From contig CAVZQC010000003.1 of the NCBI GenBank assembly GCA_963777315.1, positions 32,001-96,000 on the forward strand: a stretch of 64,000 bases of DNA, given 5' to 3'. Under the pieces are notes generated by a model. The model ran no database searches. It was not told the DNA's origin and was given only the letters and a program-made list of their open reading frames with translations. Source of the stretch: Vulcanimicrobiota bacterium (GTDB lineage: Bacteria > Vulcanimicrobiota > Vulcanimicrobiia > Vulcanimicrobiales > Vulcanimicrobiaceae). A program made the position numbers and the translations under genes. This document shows positions 47,879 to 59,339 of the stretch, in pieces; within the stretch, counting starts at the first letter, position 1; every line of letters starts with the position of its first letter.

Positions 47879-48286
47879 TTAGCTCGTCAGCTGCGCGTTG
47901 AACTTGTACTGCCGCATGCTGCGCTGATCGAACGCCGTTCCGACGATGGCGCCGTTCTGAAACGTGCCGCTGACGTGCAGACGGCCTCTATCGCCGATGT
48001 CGATCCACACGTTTTGGCCGTCGCGTCCACCGGTCACGGGTATGAATGCGGCGTTGTCCGCGGGCCGGTAATAGCCGTTGATGATGCCGTCCGGATGAAT
48101 GGCGAGCTGGAGCGTGCCGGTCCACGGATAGCCAAAGCCGAATGAAGGCGAGATGCTGGCGCTATAGTTCGCGTGTACCGTTTCGCTGCTTTGGTAAGCG
48201 GTCGCCGCGGGTGCGATTGCAGGCAGTCCGGCAAGTGCCATTGCCGCTACGAAGGCCGCTCCGCGCAAGATGGTAATCATAGTCAT
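47879..48286 (-). CDS. Small secreted beta-rich hypothetical protein
   Basis: Signal peptide ending PA-A; GTLQL..DGIINGYY. Confidence 0.75.
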   Translation of the reverse strand: MTMITILRGAAFVAAMALAGLPAIAPAATAYQSSETVHANYSASISPSFGFGYPWTGTLQLAIHPDGIINGYYRPADNAAFIPVTGGRDGQNVWIDIGDRGRLHVSGTFQNGAIVGTAFDQRSMRQYKFNAQLTS

Positions 48287-48385
48287 ACACTGCTATCAAC
48301 GCGTCAAGACATCGGAAAGTTACCCGCCGCCCATGTGCTTGATTAAGGCCGGATGAAAACCGCCGCAACTCCAAATTCGTCGTTG

Positions 48386-49141
48386 CTACCGGATCGCAAA
48401 GCGCATGGTGACGCTCGCGTAGACGCGCACCCGCAGGTAATCCTGCGGTGAAGTGAACTGCATATTTTGATACGGCCCTATCGAGTAGCCGGAAGAACAT
48501 TGCCCCTCGGGATTGTAGGGTGCGTTTTGCGTGTCCACGGCGAGCACGGCGCCGATTCTCTTGCCGATTTGGCGCGCGATGCTTTGCGCGTTGGCGCGAG
48601 CCTGGCGCAAAGCCGCTGCCTGCGCCTGCTGCGTGGCCTCGCTGCAGTCATCCGCGGTCAAGCGCACTTGCGCGTTGTTCACCCAGAGATCCGGCGCTAG
48701 CGGCGATGTGCTCGCAAGCGACGCGATTCCATTCTGGATCATCGCCACGGTGGGGTGCTGTACTGTCGCCGTAATGGTCGCGCCGGTCGCGTGCGTCGCG
48801 GGGCTCATGTAGATCGGCAGCGTGATGTTATTGCGCGGCACGCCTGCGCGGACGAGTGCATCCACGATCGGTGCGAGCGACGACGCGTTGACGTTCGCGT
48901 TGTTGTTGTGCGAGCCGACGAACAGCGACAGCGTAGCGGTCGTCGCCTGCACGTCGGCGGTACCGGAGCCTCGAACGGTGATTCCGTCGGGCGGCTGCGG
49001 ATCGCTGCGCGGTGAGGACGGCATCGGCACGGCGGGCGGCACCGGCATGGCCGGCATCGTCTGCGCCGCCGCGCCCGAGGCCAACCACAGTAACGCGAAC
49101 GGCAGCAGCACCGCACTCGCAAGCGGTCGGCGATTCATCAT
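48386..49141 (-). CDS. SIMPL/DUF541 family periplasmic protein
   Basis: [28 protein letters not shown] and C-terminal VTMRFAI. Confidence 0.8.
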   Translation of the reverse strand: MMNRRPLASAVLLPFALLWLASGAAAQTMPAMPVPPAVPMPSSPRSDPQPPDGITVRGSGTADVQATTATLSLFVGSHNNNANVNASSLAPIVDALVRAGVPRNNITLPIYMSPATHATGATITATVQHPTVAMIQNGIASLASTSPLAPDLWVNNAQVRLTADDCSEATQQAQAAALRQARANAQSIARQIGKRIGAVLAVDTQNAPYNPEGQCSSGYSIGPYQNMQFTSPQDYLRVRVYASVTMRFAIR

Positions 49142-49197
49142 GCCGGCGACCTTTGTCTGTAACCGTACGATGCCCTGCGGGGTACAAGGAGACCGAT

Positions 49198-49721
49198 ATG
49201 CGCATCCGTTCTACGACCATTCTGGCGGTTCGGCGCGACGGCAGGCTCGCCGTCGCCGGAGACGGACAGGTGACGTTCGACAAGACGATCATGAAGCACG
49301 GCGCGCGAAAAGTGCGCCGCGTTGCCGGCGGGAAGGTGCTGGCGGGTTTCGCCGGATCCGCCGCCGACGGCATAACGCTGCTCGAGAAATTCGAGGGTAA
49401 ATTCAACGAATACAAAGACATCACGCGCGCGGCGGTCGAGCTCGCCAAGGAATGGCGTCAGGACCGCGCGCTGCGCCGGTTGGAAGCGCTGCTCGTGGTC
49501 GGCAACACCGATCATTTGCTCGTGCTCAGCGGAAACGGCGACGTGATCGAACCGGACGAAGGCATCGCGGCGATCGGCAGCGGCGGCCCGTTCGCGCAAG
49601 CCGCGGCGGCGGCGCTGTTGCGCAACACGTCGATGAGCGCCGACGACATCGCGCGTAAAGGTCTGGAGATTGCGGGGGAAATCTGCATCTACACCAACGA
49701 CAGCATCGTCGTGGAGTCGTT

Positions 49722-49725
<4 letters not shown>
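49198..49725 (+). CDS. hslV: ATP-dependent protease peptidase subunit
   Basis: TTILAV, GDGQVT, AGFAGS.AD, IGSGG and CIYTN. Confidence 0.97.
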
Positions 49726-51175
<1,450 letters not shown>

Positions 51176-51179
<4 letters not shown>

Positions 51180-52180
51180 ATCTGCTCGTCCTGGGCGGCT
51201 CGCGGTTCGTCGGGCGCCATATTACCGATGCCTGCATCGCGGGCGGCCATCGCGTGACGCATTTCAACCGCGGGGTCACGAGCACTGCGCCTCGAGCCGA
51301 CATCGAAACGATTCACGGCGATCGCAATACCGATTTGCAGCGGCTGGCTTCTCGGAGCTGGGACGCCGTCATCGACACGAGCGGCTACACGCCCGACGCG
51401 CTCGAAAAGTCGACGCGGTACCTTGCGAGCCGCACCGCTCGCTACGTTTTCATATCGACGATCTCGGTCTACGATTTTGCGGCGAAAGCGGCGCTGCCGG
51501 TCGACGAAGATTTTCCGCTGCTGGCCTTCCCGGCGGATGCCGACCGCACGCGCAAGGACGACGAGCTGTACGGGGCACTCAAAGTGCTATGCGAAGCCGT
51601 CGTGCGCAGCAGTTTGCGTCATCGCGCAACGATCGTCCGCCCAGGATTGGTGGCGGGGCCCTACGATCCGACGGATCGCTTTACGTACTGGCCGGTCCGC
51701 GTCGACGCGGGCGGTTCCGTGCTCGCACCCGACGCTCCATCGCAGCCCATCCAGTACATCGACGCGCGGGATCTCGCGCAGTTCGTGGTGCATCTGATCG
51801 AGATCGGCGACGGCGGCACGTATAACGCGGTGACGTCGCCCGGCACGCTGACCTTCGGCAATCTTCTTGACGCATGTCTTGAGTCGAGCCGCTCGGACGC
51901 CTCGATTATTTGGGCCCCTCAGCAAGCCCTGAAAGAATGCGGCGTAGCGCCGTGGGGCGAGCTGCCGCTGTGGATTCCGCGCGACGATCCGTATTTCGCG
52001 CTTGCCGACGCATCGAATTCGCGCGCGCGCGTGCGCGGCTTACGGAATCGCCCGATTTTCTACACGGTGCGGGACACACTAGCATGGGCGCGTAGCGCGG
52101 GAAAACGGCTCGGCTCGCTCAAGGCCGGCCTCACGCCCGCGCGGGAAGCCGAAGTGCTGCGTGACGCTATAACTGCCTGA
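51176..52180 (+). CDS. NAD-dependent epimerase/dehydratase (isoflavone-reductase-like SDR)
   Basis: [17 protein letters not shown] and RFTYW. Confidence 0.9.
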
Positions 52181-52619
52181 GCGTTTCGAGATCGATCAAG
52201 TCTTTTGGACGCCCGCTGGCGCGTTTGTTGCGCATGAGCGCGTCACGTCCGATCACGAAAACGGGAACACCACCATAGACGGCCGAAATTTTTTGCGGCC
52301 AAGCTTCGTCCCAGGTGACGCCGCTTATGGACGTAATGATGTCTATGCGTATGGGCGCGACGCCGATCTGAAAGATGAGGTCGTCATCGATGAAGTCGCT
52401 TACTGAAATATTTTGCATGGGAGCGCCGAACTGCGAGAGCGCTTTGTAAACGCGGCCGGCGTTGTCTTGCGTCGCCCGGACCCACACGTCGAAGTCCTCG
52501 GAGTATCGCGGATGGCCATGCGCCGCGAGTGCGTGTGCACCCACAACGAGAAACTCAACCTCGGCGGCGTTGAACGCGGCCAACAGATCTTTGTAATCGC
52601 TGTTTATCGTAATCGACAC
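52167..52619 (-). CDS. Nucleotidyltransferase-fold protein (DUF6036-like)
   Basis: VVGAHALAAHGHPRYSEDFDVWV and NKRASGRPKDLIDL. Confidence 0.8.
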   Translation of the reverse strand: MSITINSDYKDLLAAFNAAEVEFLVVGAHALAAHGHPRYSEDFDVWVRATQDNAGRVYKALSQFGAPMQNISVSDFIDDDLIFQIGVAPIRIDIITSISGVTWDEAWPQKISAVYGGVPVFVIGRDALMRNKRASGRPKDLIDLETLRQL

Positions 52620-52776
52620 CGCACATCTCTCCATACCGCACGACCAGGGCCCATACGCGGGCCATTCGCTCCTCGGGCGTCATCTCCGAGGCGATGAGAC
52701 GGTCCATCTCGCCGTCGTCCTCGTCCAGGCGGATTTTTCTGACGTGCCAAGTGCGACCGTCGCGCGGAGTATCCAC
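52555..52776 (-). CDS. Small protein overlapping the nucleotidyltransferase (putative partner/antitoxin)
   Basis: 73 aa; MTPEERMARVWAL...RLQRSVGRVQR. Confidence 0.65.
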   Translation of the reverse strand: MDTPRDGRTWHVRKIRLDEDDGEMDRLIASEMTPEERMARVWALVVRYGEMCGVDYDKQRLQRSVGRVQRRRG

Positions 52777-52862
52777 ACATCTTATATTCGCCCCAGCCGC
52801 GCGCGGTCCCCAGTCACGGCGTACGTGGGATTTTTTCGCGGCCTGCTAAAAAGAGAGCGGCC

Positions 52863-53399
52863 ATGCCCTACATTCGGAAAATCGTTACCGAAGGACATCC
52901 GGCGCTGCGCAAAGTCGCAAAAAGGGTGCACGCCAAAGAGATTGGCGATCCGCTGTTTCAGCAGCTCGTCGACGATATGTTCGAAACGATGTACGCTGCG
53001 CCCGGCGTTGGGCTCGCTGCGCCGCAAGTCAATGTCTCGAAGCGATTGTTCGTCATGGACGCCGGTGAGGACGAGGACCATCCGCAGGGCGGCCGCCACG
53101 TCGTCATCAATCCGAAGATCGAACTGGAAGAAGAAGAGGTCGAGATGACCGAAGGCTGCCTTTCCGTGCCCGGATTCGTGGGTGAAATTACGCGCTTCAA
53201 CCGCATTGCAGTCAGCGGTTTGGATCGGTACGGCGAAAAGGTCCGCCTGGAGGGGAAAGGATTGTTCGCTCAGGCACTGCAGCACGAAATCGACCACCTC
53301 AACGGCGTGCTCTACACGGATAAAGCCAAGAACGTCCGAGTACCGCAGACCAAAGAAGAGGAAGAGGCCGCCGAGAATACCGCGGCGCAAGCGCATTAG
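52863..53399 (+). CDS. def: Peptide deformylase
   Basis: GVGLAAPQV, EGCLS and QHEIDH. Confidence 0.98.
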   Translation: MPYIRKIVTEGHPALRKVAKRVHAKEIGDPLFQQLVDDMFETMYAAPGVGLAAPQVNVSKRLFVMDAGEDEDHPQGGRHVVINPKIELEEEEVEMTEGCLSVPGFVGEITRFNRIAVSGLDRYGEKVRLEGKGLFAQALQHEIDHLNGVLYTDKAKNVRVPQTKEEEEAAENTAAQAH

Positions 53400-54303
53400 G
53401 ACGCTTTTTTTCGGAACCGGCGAATTCGCCGTTCCCTGTTTGCGCATCACCGCGCAGCGCACCGATTTGGCCGGCGTCGTCACCCAGCCCGATCGCCCTG
53501 CCGGTCGAGGACACAAACTGCGCGCCACACCGGTGAAAACCGCAGCGCTCGAGATGGGACTCGCGGTCTACGAGCCTGCCTCGCTGCGAGGGTTCGCGCG
53601 GGCCGCGGGCAACGACGGATACGATCTTTTCGTGGTGGCGTCGTTCGGCAGAATTTTGCCGCAGGAGCTGCTGGATCTGCCGCGCCTAGGCTCGCTCAAC
53701 GTGCATCCCAGTCTGCTGCCGAAATACCGCGGCGCAACGCCGATTCAGTCTGCGCTGCGCGAGGGCGACGATGAAACGGGCGTGACGATCATGCTCATGG
53801 ACGCAGGCATGGACACGGGCGACGTCGTGCTGCAGGAACGCACGCCGATCGCGCCCGGCGAGCGCTACGGCGAGTTGCACGACCGGCTCGCGCGCTTCGG
53901 CGCACAAGCGCTCTCGCATGCGATCGACTTTGCCCGCAGCGGTTACATTCCGCACGTGCCGCAGCAAGGAACGCCGACGCTCACTCGGCCGCTGCGCAAG
54001 GAGGATCTGGCCATCGACTGGCGGTGGAGCTCGCGAAGGATCGTCAACGCGGTTCGCGCTCTGGCGCCCGTACCGGCGGCGCGTGCCACCATTGCAGGTG
54101 TTCGCGTGAAGGTGCTGCGCGCGGCGGGCGGCCCGCAACCCATCGCGTCCGTGCCCGTCGGAGAAGTCGCCGGATGCACCGGCGCAGCGGTCAGCGTGCG
54201 CTGCGCCGACGGCACCGTGGATGTGCTCGAACTCATCGCGCCCAATCGCCCGGCGCAAAGCGGCGCTTCTTTCACGCAGACGTTGACGGCACGCCGGCAA
54301 TGA
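53395..54303 (+). CDS. fmt: Methionyl-tRNA formyltransferase (apparent ATT start)
   Basis: FFGT..FA, VTQPDRP.GRG, NVHPSLLPKYRGA.PI and GMDTGD. Confidence 0.93.
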   Translation: MRTLFFGTGEFAVPCLRITAQRTDLAGVVTQPDRPAGRGHKLRATPVKTAALEMGLAVYEPASLRGFARAAGNDGYDLFVVASFGRILPQELLDLPRLGSLNVHPSLLPKYRGATPIQSALREGDDETGVTIMLMDAGMDTGDVVLQERTPIAPGERYGELHDRLARFGAQALSHAIDFARSGYIPHVPQQGTPTLTRPLRKEDLAIDWRWSSRRIVNAVRALAPVPAARATIAGVRVKVLRAAGGPQPIASVPVGEVAGCTGAAVSVRCADGTVDVLELIAPNRPAQSGASFTQTLTARRQ

Positions 54304-55634
54304 CGGCGCGCGAAGTCGCGCTGCACGTCGTTCGCGACGTGTTTCCGCCGGCCGGTGCGCGCGTTGCGGAACGCGGCGCGCAGGAGTCGTTGGACTACCG
54401 GCTCGAGAAGTCGGCATTGGAACCGCGCGATCGCGCGTTCGCGACGCGACTGAGTTTCGGTGCGATAAAGATGCGCCGCACGCTGGACTGGTATCTGCAT
54501 CCGTACGTCGGCTCTCGCTCCACGGCGCTTCCGCCGGTCATTGCCGAAATTCTGCGCCTGTCCGTTTACGAACTGCGCTTTACTTCGGGGCAGGCGCATG
54601 CTGCGGTGAGCCAGTGGGTCGGGCTTGCCAAACGCTACGGACACCGCGGAACCGCCGGCCTCGTCAATGCCGTCCTGCGCGGATTCCTTCGCGACGATCC
54701 GCCGGCGCCCCAGCGCGATCGGTTCGAGAACGAAGACGATTATCTGGGCACGGCGTTCTCGTACCCGACGTGGCTGGTCCGTCAATGGCGCGGAACTTTC
54801 GGAGCGGCGCAAATCGAACCGATTCTGCACGCCTGCAACGAACCGGCTCAACCGGCAGTGGTGATCAACCGAACGCAATCCACGCGCGAGGAAACGGCGT
54901 CGTGGTTTTCGCAGCACGGAGCTACTGCGCGCCTGTCCGAACTGAGCGACGACTGCGTACTGATCTCCGAGGGCGCTGCGGCACGCCGAACGCAAACGCA
55001 AGCACCCGTGAAATGGTGGACGCAAAGCGAGTCGTCCGCTGCGGTCGTCGACGTTCTCAATCCGCAGCCCGGGGAAGCGATCGCCGACGCGTGCAGCGGT
55101 CGCGGCAGCAAAGCGATGCAAATCGCTGCCCGACTGGGATCGGATGGCAGTTTGGTGTGCATCGAACGCGACGCGCGAAAAGCGGCCGAGTTCGAGCGGC
55201 GCGCCGCGCACGCGGGCTTGGCGGCAGCCGCGATCGTCGGCGATGCAACCGCGCCGATTTTGCAGCACCAGTTCGACCGGATTCTGATCGACGCCCCGTG
55301 TTCGGGAACCGGCGTCGTGGGGCGCCACGCCGAAGCCCGCTGGCGGAAGCAGCCCCAGGACGGCGAACGCCTAGCCCTTACGCAGCGCGCTTTGCTGGAG
55401 GCGCTCGCGCCGCACGTCTACCAAGGGGGAGCGATCGTGTATGCGGTGTGCTCGACCGATCCGCGAGAAAGCACCGAGGTCGCGGAGTGGTTTGTGCGCC
55501 GGCACAACTTCCAGCGCGGGCTCATTCCTGCGCGTTTTGCTCCCTTTGAAACCGAGCACGGCGACGTTGTGATTCCTCCCGGGCTCTGCGGACGTGACGG
55601 CTTCTTCATTGCGCGCCTGGAGCGCCGGCTATGA
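54300..55634 (+). CDS. rsmB: 16S rRNA m5C967 methyltransferase (NusB + RsmB domains)
   Basis: LVNAVLR, SYPTWL, DACSGRGSK, DAPCSGTG and YAVCS; def-fmt-rsmB synteny. Confidence 0.92.
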   Translation: MTAREVALHVVRDVFPPAGARVAERGAQESLDYRLEKSALEPRDRAFATRLSFGAIKMRRTLDWYLHPYVGSRSTALPPVIAEILRLSVYELRFTSGQAHAAVSQWVGLAKRYGHRGTAGLVNAVLRGFLRDDPPAPQRDRFENEDDYLGTAFSYPTWLVRQWRGTFGAAQIEPILHACNEPAQPAVVINRTQSTREETASWFSQHGATARLSELSDDCVLISEGAAARRTQTQAPVKWWTQSESSAAVVDVLNPQPGEAIADACSGRGSKAMQIAARLGSDGSLVCIERDARKAAEFERRAAHAGLAAAAIVGDATAPILQHQFDRILIDAPCSGTGVVGRHAEARWRKQPQDGERLALTQRALLEALAPHVYQGGAIVYAVCSTDPRESTEVAEWFVRRHNFQRGLIPARFAPFETEHGDVVIPPGLCGRDGFFIARLERRL

Positions 55635-56314
55635 GCTGGTTTTCGCGGATCGAAGAAACGTGCGCGGCGTTCATCGAGCGGGCGTTCGCGAACATGTTCC
55701 CCAGCGACGTGGAACCCGCACAAGTCGCCCGCAAACTGGTTGCAACGATGGAAGCGCGCACGCACAACGCCGGCAACGCCATGCGCGCGCCGGCACGGTA
55801 TGCGGTGTACGTCAATCCGATCGATTACGCTCGCCTGCAGCCGCATCGCAAGTACTTGCAGGACGAATGGAGCGCGCTGCTGAGCGACGTCGCCCGGCGC
55901 GTGGGCATCACGTTCCGGGAAAGCGCGCCCACGGTTACCTTGAACCAGGACGACGGCGTGGTTGCCGGAGGAATCGACATCGAAGTCGACTCGGGTACGG
56001 AAAAGCGCGGCGCAGCGAGCGTTGCTTTTGCGTTGCGTTCAATCTCGGGCATGCCGCAAGCACCCGTGTTCGTCGTCGCCGGCGCAACGCGGGTGGGCCG
56101 CAACCCGCAATGCGATTTGGTATTGAGCGATCCGAGCGTTTCGCGCTATCACGCTTTGCTGGACGTGCGGGACGGCAATTTGCTCGTGCTCGACGCGGAG
56201 TCCACCAACGGCACCTACGTCAACGGTGAACGCACGGCCACGCGCGAACTTGCGGTCGGAGACGTCGTCGCTTTCGGCAAGACCCGGATGCGCGTCGAAA
56301 CCGCACCTCCATGA
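55631..56314 (+). CDS. fhaA: FhaA-like protein (DUF3662 + FHA)
   Basis: VEPAQVARKL N-terminal domain; FHA GR..SRYHA..STNGTYVNG. Confidence 0.85.
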   Translation: MSWFSRIEETCAAFIERAFANMFPSDVEPAQVARKLVATMEARTHNAGNAMRAPARYAVYVNPIDYARLQPHRKYLQDEWSALLSDVARRVGITFRESAPTVTLNQDDGVVAGGIDIEVDSGTEKRGAASVAFALRSISGMPQAPVFVVAGATRVGRNPQCDLVLSDPSVSRYHALLDVRDGNLLVLDAESTNGTYVNGERTATRELAVGDVVAFGKTRMRVETAPP

Positions 56315-56751
56315 GCTCGGCGGCTCAGCTTCGCATCGGCTCACTTGAAATATTGGCCGCGCTGCTGGCCTTCGGGCTGATCGCCGTCCGGCTGCGTTCC
56401 GGCAGCGGGGTCGCGGCGCGCACGGTGGCTGCCCGACTGCACATTCAGGAAGGGCCGGGGTCGCCGGTGCAAGAGATGCGGCTGACTTTGGGCGACGGTT
56501 TGCCGGCTGCCGTGTTGGGGCGCTCGAACGCCGCGCAGATTCGCTTGAGCGATCCGGAAGCAAGCCGCCGTCACGCAAGCCTGGACTGCAGCGGGGGCGT
56601 CATCTATCTTACGGACCTGGGAAGCAGCAACGGCACGTTTCTGAACGGAACGCGTTTGGAAGATGAAGGTATCGAGGTCAAACCCGGGGATGATATCGAT
56701 GTGGGAAACACCCGCGTTACCGTAGTGGAGACGGTGCGATCGTGGACGTAG
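56311..56751 (+). CDS. Membrane-anchored FHA protein, FhaB-like
   Basis: N-terminal TM; LGR..ASRRHA..DLGSSNGTFLNG. Confidence 0.85.
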   Translation: MSSAAQLRIGSLEILAALLAFGLIAVRLRSGSGVAARTVAARLHIQEGPGSPVQEMRLTLGDGLPAAVLGRSNAAQIRLSDPEASRRHASLDCSGGVIYLTDLGSSNGTFLNGTRLEDEGIEVKPGDDIDVGNTRVTVVETVRSWT

Positions 56752-57482
56752 CGATAAGCGGCGACCCCAGCTCTTGCGTGTCCAGGCAGCTCGCGGACAA
56801 TACGTATTTTTTTGCGATTGCCAGCGGCTTCGGTTCGATTCAGGGCGAACCCGCGGCACCCGCCGTGCTCAAGCGCCTGCGCACGGAATTCGAACGGCGT
56901 GGACGCGCCGACCGCTTCCGCCGGTGCGAACGCCGGCCCAAGGGCGTCACCTCCGGCATGCAGGCGGCATTTGCGCGAGTCAACGAGGACATGCACGCGC
57001 GCACCGCTTCGCACGACGACTACGTCACCGCGGGCTGTTCGGTCACCGGCGTGCTGCTGCTGGACGATCGCGCGTATCTGGCCCACGTTGGTTCGACGGC
57101 CGCGTACCTGGCGCGCGACGGCTACGTCGTATCGCTGACGAAGAACGACGCGTTCGAAGAACGAAACGTCGCTATTCTCACGCGCGCGCTCGTGTCCGCG
57201 CCGAGCGTCGAAATCGCAGTGTGTTCCTTTGCGCTCAACGAAGGCGACGCGCTCGTTCTTTTGGGGCATCGCGTTGCGCAGGCGGACGCGCGCGCTCGAA
57301 TTGCCGACTGCGTGAGCCGCGTGGAACGCGGCCAGGCGTGCGGCGAGCAGCTTTTGGTCGTGCATTACGCGCCCGCGGCTGCTTCGGTAATGCCTTCACG
57401 ATGTGCGTCGCACGCTTCGAGCAGCATCGCGATCGGCGTAGCGGCGACCATCGCGTTTTACGCCTTGCTTTGCGTCAGATAA
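56742..57482 (+). CDS. PP2C/PstP-fold protein lacking catalytic aspartates
   Basis: FAIASGFG, AFARVN, AGCSVTG, LAHVGSTAAYL.R.G..LT, ILTRAL and GDALVL; C-terminal TM. Confidence 0.75.
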   Translation: MDVAISGDPSSCVSRQLADNTYFFAIASGFGSIQGEPAAPAVLKRLRTEFERRGRADRFRRCERRPKGVTSGMQAAFARVNEDMHARTASHDDYVTAGCSVTGVLLLDDRAYLAHVGSTAAYLARDGYVVSLTKNDAFEERNVAILTRALVSAPSVEIAVCSFALNEGDALVLLGHRVAQADARARIADCVSRVERGQACGEQLLVVHYAPAAASVMPSRCASHASSSIAIGVAATIAFYALLCVR

Positions 57483-58735
57483 CCACCAATCTGGAGCGCA
57501 TTCTTCCGGTTGCCATGGCTTTGGCTATTGCAGCTTTTGCGCTCTCGTTTGCTCCGCCCAAAACGATCGGGCCGCCTTGGCTGATCGCGCTGCTGGTGGC
57601 GCTGAGCGTAGCGTGGGTAATGGTTCAGCCCGCAGCGACCCGTCGCGACGACGTTCTTCCGGCCCTTGCCGTTCTGCTTTCGGCGGTCGGGCTTTTGCTG
57701 GTCGCGCGCATTTCGCCGCAGCTGGCTCACAAACAGCAGTACTGGCTGCTCGTATCGCTGGGACTCTCGATTGCGCTCGGGCCTGCCTTTACGTTCTTCC
57801 GCCGCATGGCGGCGTTCAAGTACGTATGGGTACTGCTGTGCCTGGTGCTGTTCGTCATGCTGATCCTTTTCGGTCAGGAGGTCAACGGCGCCAAACTCTG
57901 GATCCGCCTGGGTTCGGTGCAGTACGAGCCCGTCGAACTGATCAAGCTGTTCATCGTCTTTTTCTTGGCCGCGTATTTGGCCGAAACGGCGGACGTGATC
58001 GCACGCGCCCGTCCGTGGTCGCTCCGAGCCAATTTGAAATACCTCGGTCCGCTGTTCTTGGGATGGGGAGTGTCGATGGCCATACTCGTCCTGCAACGCG
58101 ACATCGGCATGGCCACGCTTCTTCTAGCCACATTCTGCGTGCTGCTTTATGCCGCTACGCGCCGCTGGGATCTGCTGGTCGGCAGTCTGGTGGTGTTCGG
58201 CGGAGTGGCCGCGTGGGCCGCGCACCACTACAATTACGTCTCTACCAGAATAGCGGTGTGGCGCAATCCGTTTGCCGATCCGCTCGGCGCGGGATATCAG
58301 GCCGCTCAAGGGTATTATTCGTTGGCTGCCGGCGGTGTGTTTGGGACGGGGTACCGCTTGGGACATCCCAGCTACATCCCCGCTGCAGGCACCGACTACA
58401 TTTATGCGGTGCTGGGTGAAGAGTTCGGCTTCATCGGCTCTGCGATCGTGCTTGGATTATTTTTGCTGCTGGTGCGGCGCATTTTGGCCGTCTCCGCTGC
58501 GCAGCCGGATTTGTATACGCGTCTGCTGGCCGTGGGACTGAGCGCAACGCTGGGGTTCCAGGTGTTCATCATCGTCGGCGGCGTCATCGGCGTGTTTCCG
58601 CTCACCGGCATTACCCTGCCGTTCATTTCGTACGGCGGCAGCTCGCTTGTTGCAAATTTTCTGCTGGTCGCGCTGGTGTGGGCCATGAGCGCGCGTCCTA
58701 TGGCTGCACCGCAAAGGGAGGCGCTCGAAGCTTGA
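57470..58735 (+). CDS. rodA: SEDS family protein (RodA/FtsW)
   Basis: NGAKLWI, QYEPVELIK, QRDIG, GYQ, TDYIY..LGEEFG and TGITLPFISYGGSS. Start approximate (TTG). Confidence 0.9.
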   Translation: MRQITTNLERILPVAMALAIAAFALSFAPPKTIGPPWLIALLVALSVAWVMVQPAATRRDDVLPALAVLLSAVGLLLVARISPQLAHKQQYWLLVSLGLSIALGPAFTFFRRMAAFKYVWVLLCLVLFVMLILFGQEVNGAKLWIRLGSVQYEPVELIKLFIVFFLAAYLAETADVIARARPWSLRANLKYLGPLFLGWGVSMAILVLQRDIGMATLLLATFCVLLYAATRRWDLLVGSLVVFGGVAAWAAHHYNYVSTRIAVWRNPFADPLGAGYQAAQGYYSLAAGGVFGTGYRLGHPSYIPAAGTDYIYAVLGEEFGFIGSAIVLGLFLLLVRRILAVSAAQPDLYTRLLAVGLSATLGFQVFIIVGGVIGVFPLTGITLPFISYGGSSLVANFLLVALVWAMSARPMAAPQREALEA

Positions 58736-58779
58736 GCGAGTACTATCGCGATAGTCGGTGTCCGCGAAAGGAACAAGGC

Positions 58780-59313
58780 ATGCATAGAACTGTACCCGTC
58801 CTGCTGATCGCCGGCGCGTTGGTGCTGGCCGCGGCGGCATGTTCGGGTGGAAAAAGCGGTAAATCCTCGACCACGACCACCACCACCACCACGGCGTCGT
58901 CGCCGGCCGCAGCGAACTCGCCGGCAGCTTCGCCGATGGCCAGTGCCGTTGCAACTACGAGTTCGAGCAGCATGAAAAGCGCGGCCGGAGGGGCCGTAGG
59001 CAACGGCGCGAGCCTCTACACCACGAATTGCTCGAGCTGCCATCAAGCAAACGGCAAGGGGCAATCGGGCGTCTTTCCGCCGCTGGCCGGCAACGCGGTC
59101 GTCACCGGCACACCGGATAAGGTGATCGGGATAGTAAAAAACGGCCACAGCGGAAAACTGGTCGTCAACGGCATCACCTATAACGGCCAAATGCCCGCTT
59201 GGAAAGGCACGCTCAGCGAGGCCGACATCGCGCACGTCGTTACCTACATTCGCACGTCGTGGGGAAACAGCGCATCGGCCGTGACGGCCGCCCAAGTCAC
59301 CGCAGTCAAATAA
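58780..59313 (+). CDS. Cytochrome c lipoprotein with Thr/Ser/Ala linker
   Basis: LAAAAC lipobox, poly-Thr linker, CSSCH, FPPLAG, MPAW and YIRTSWGN. Confidence 0.9.
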   Translation: MHRTVPVLLIAGALVLAAAACSGGKSGKSSTTTTTTTTASSPAAANSPAASPMASAVATTSSSSMKSAAGGAVGNGASLYTTNCSSCHQANGKGQSGVFPPLAGNAVVTGTPDKVIGIVKNGHSGKLVVNGITYNGQMPAWKGTLSEADIAHVVTYIRTSWGNSASAVTAAQVTAVK

Positions 59314-59339
59314 TTCGTTCCTCCGGGTACGTTGACGGT

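Noticed and set aside
58871..58893. (ACC)n microsatellite as a phase-variation tract
   Set aside because: In-frame poly-Thr linker of the cytochrome c; slippage would not shift the frame.
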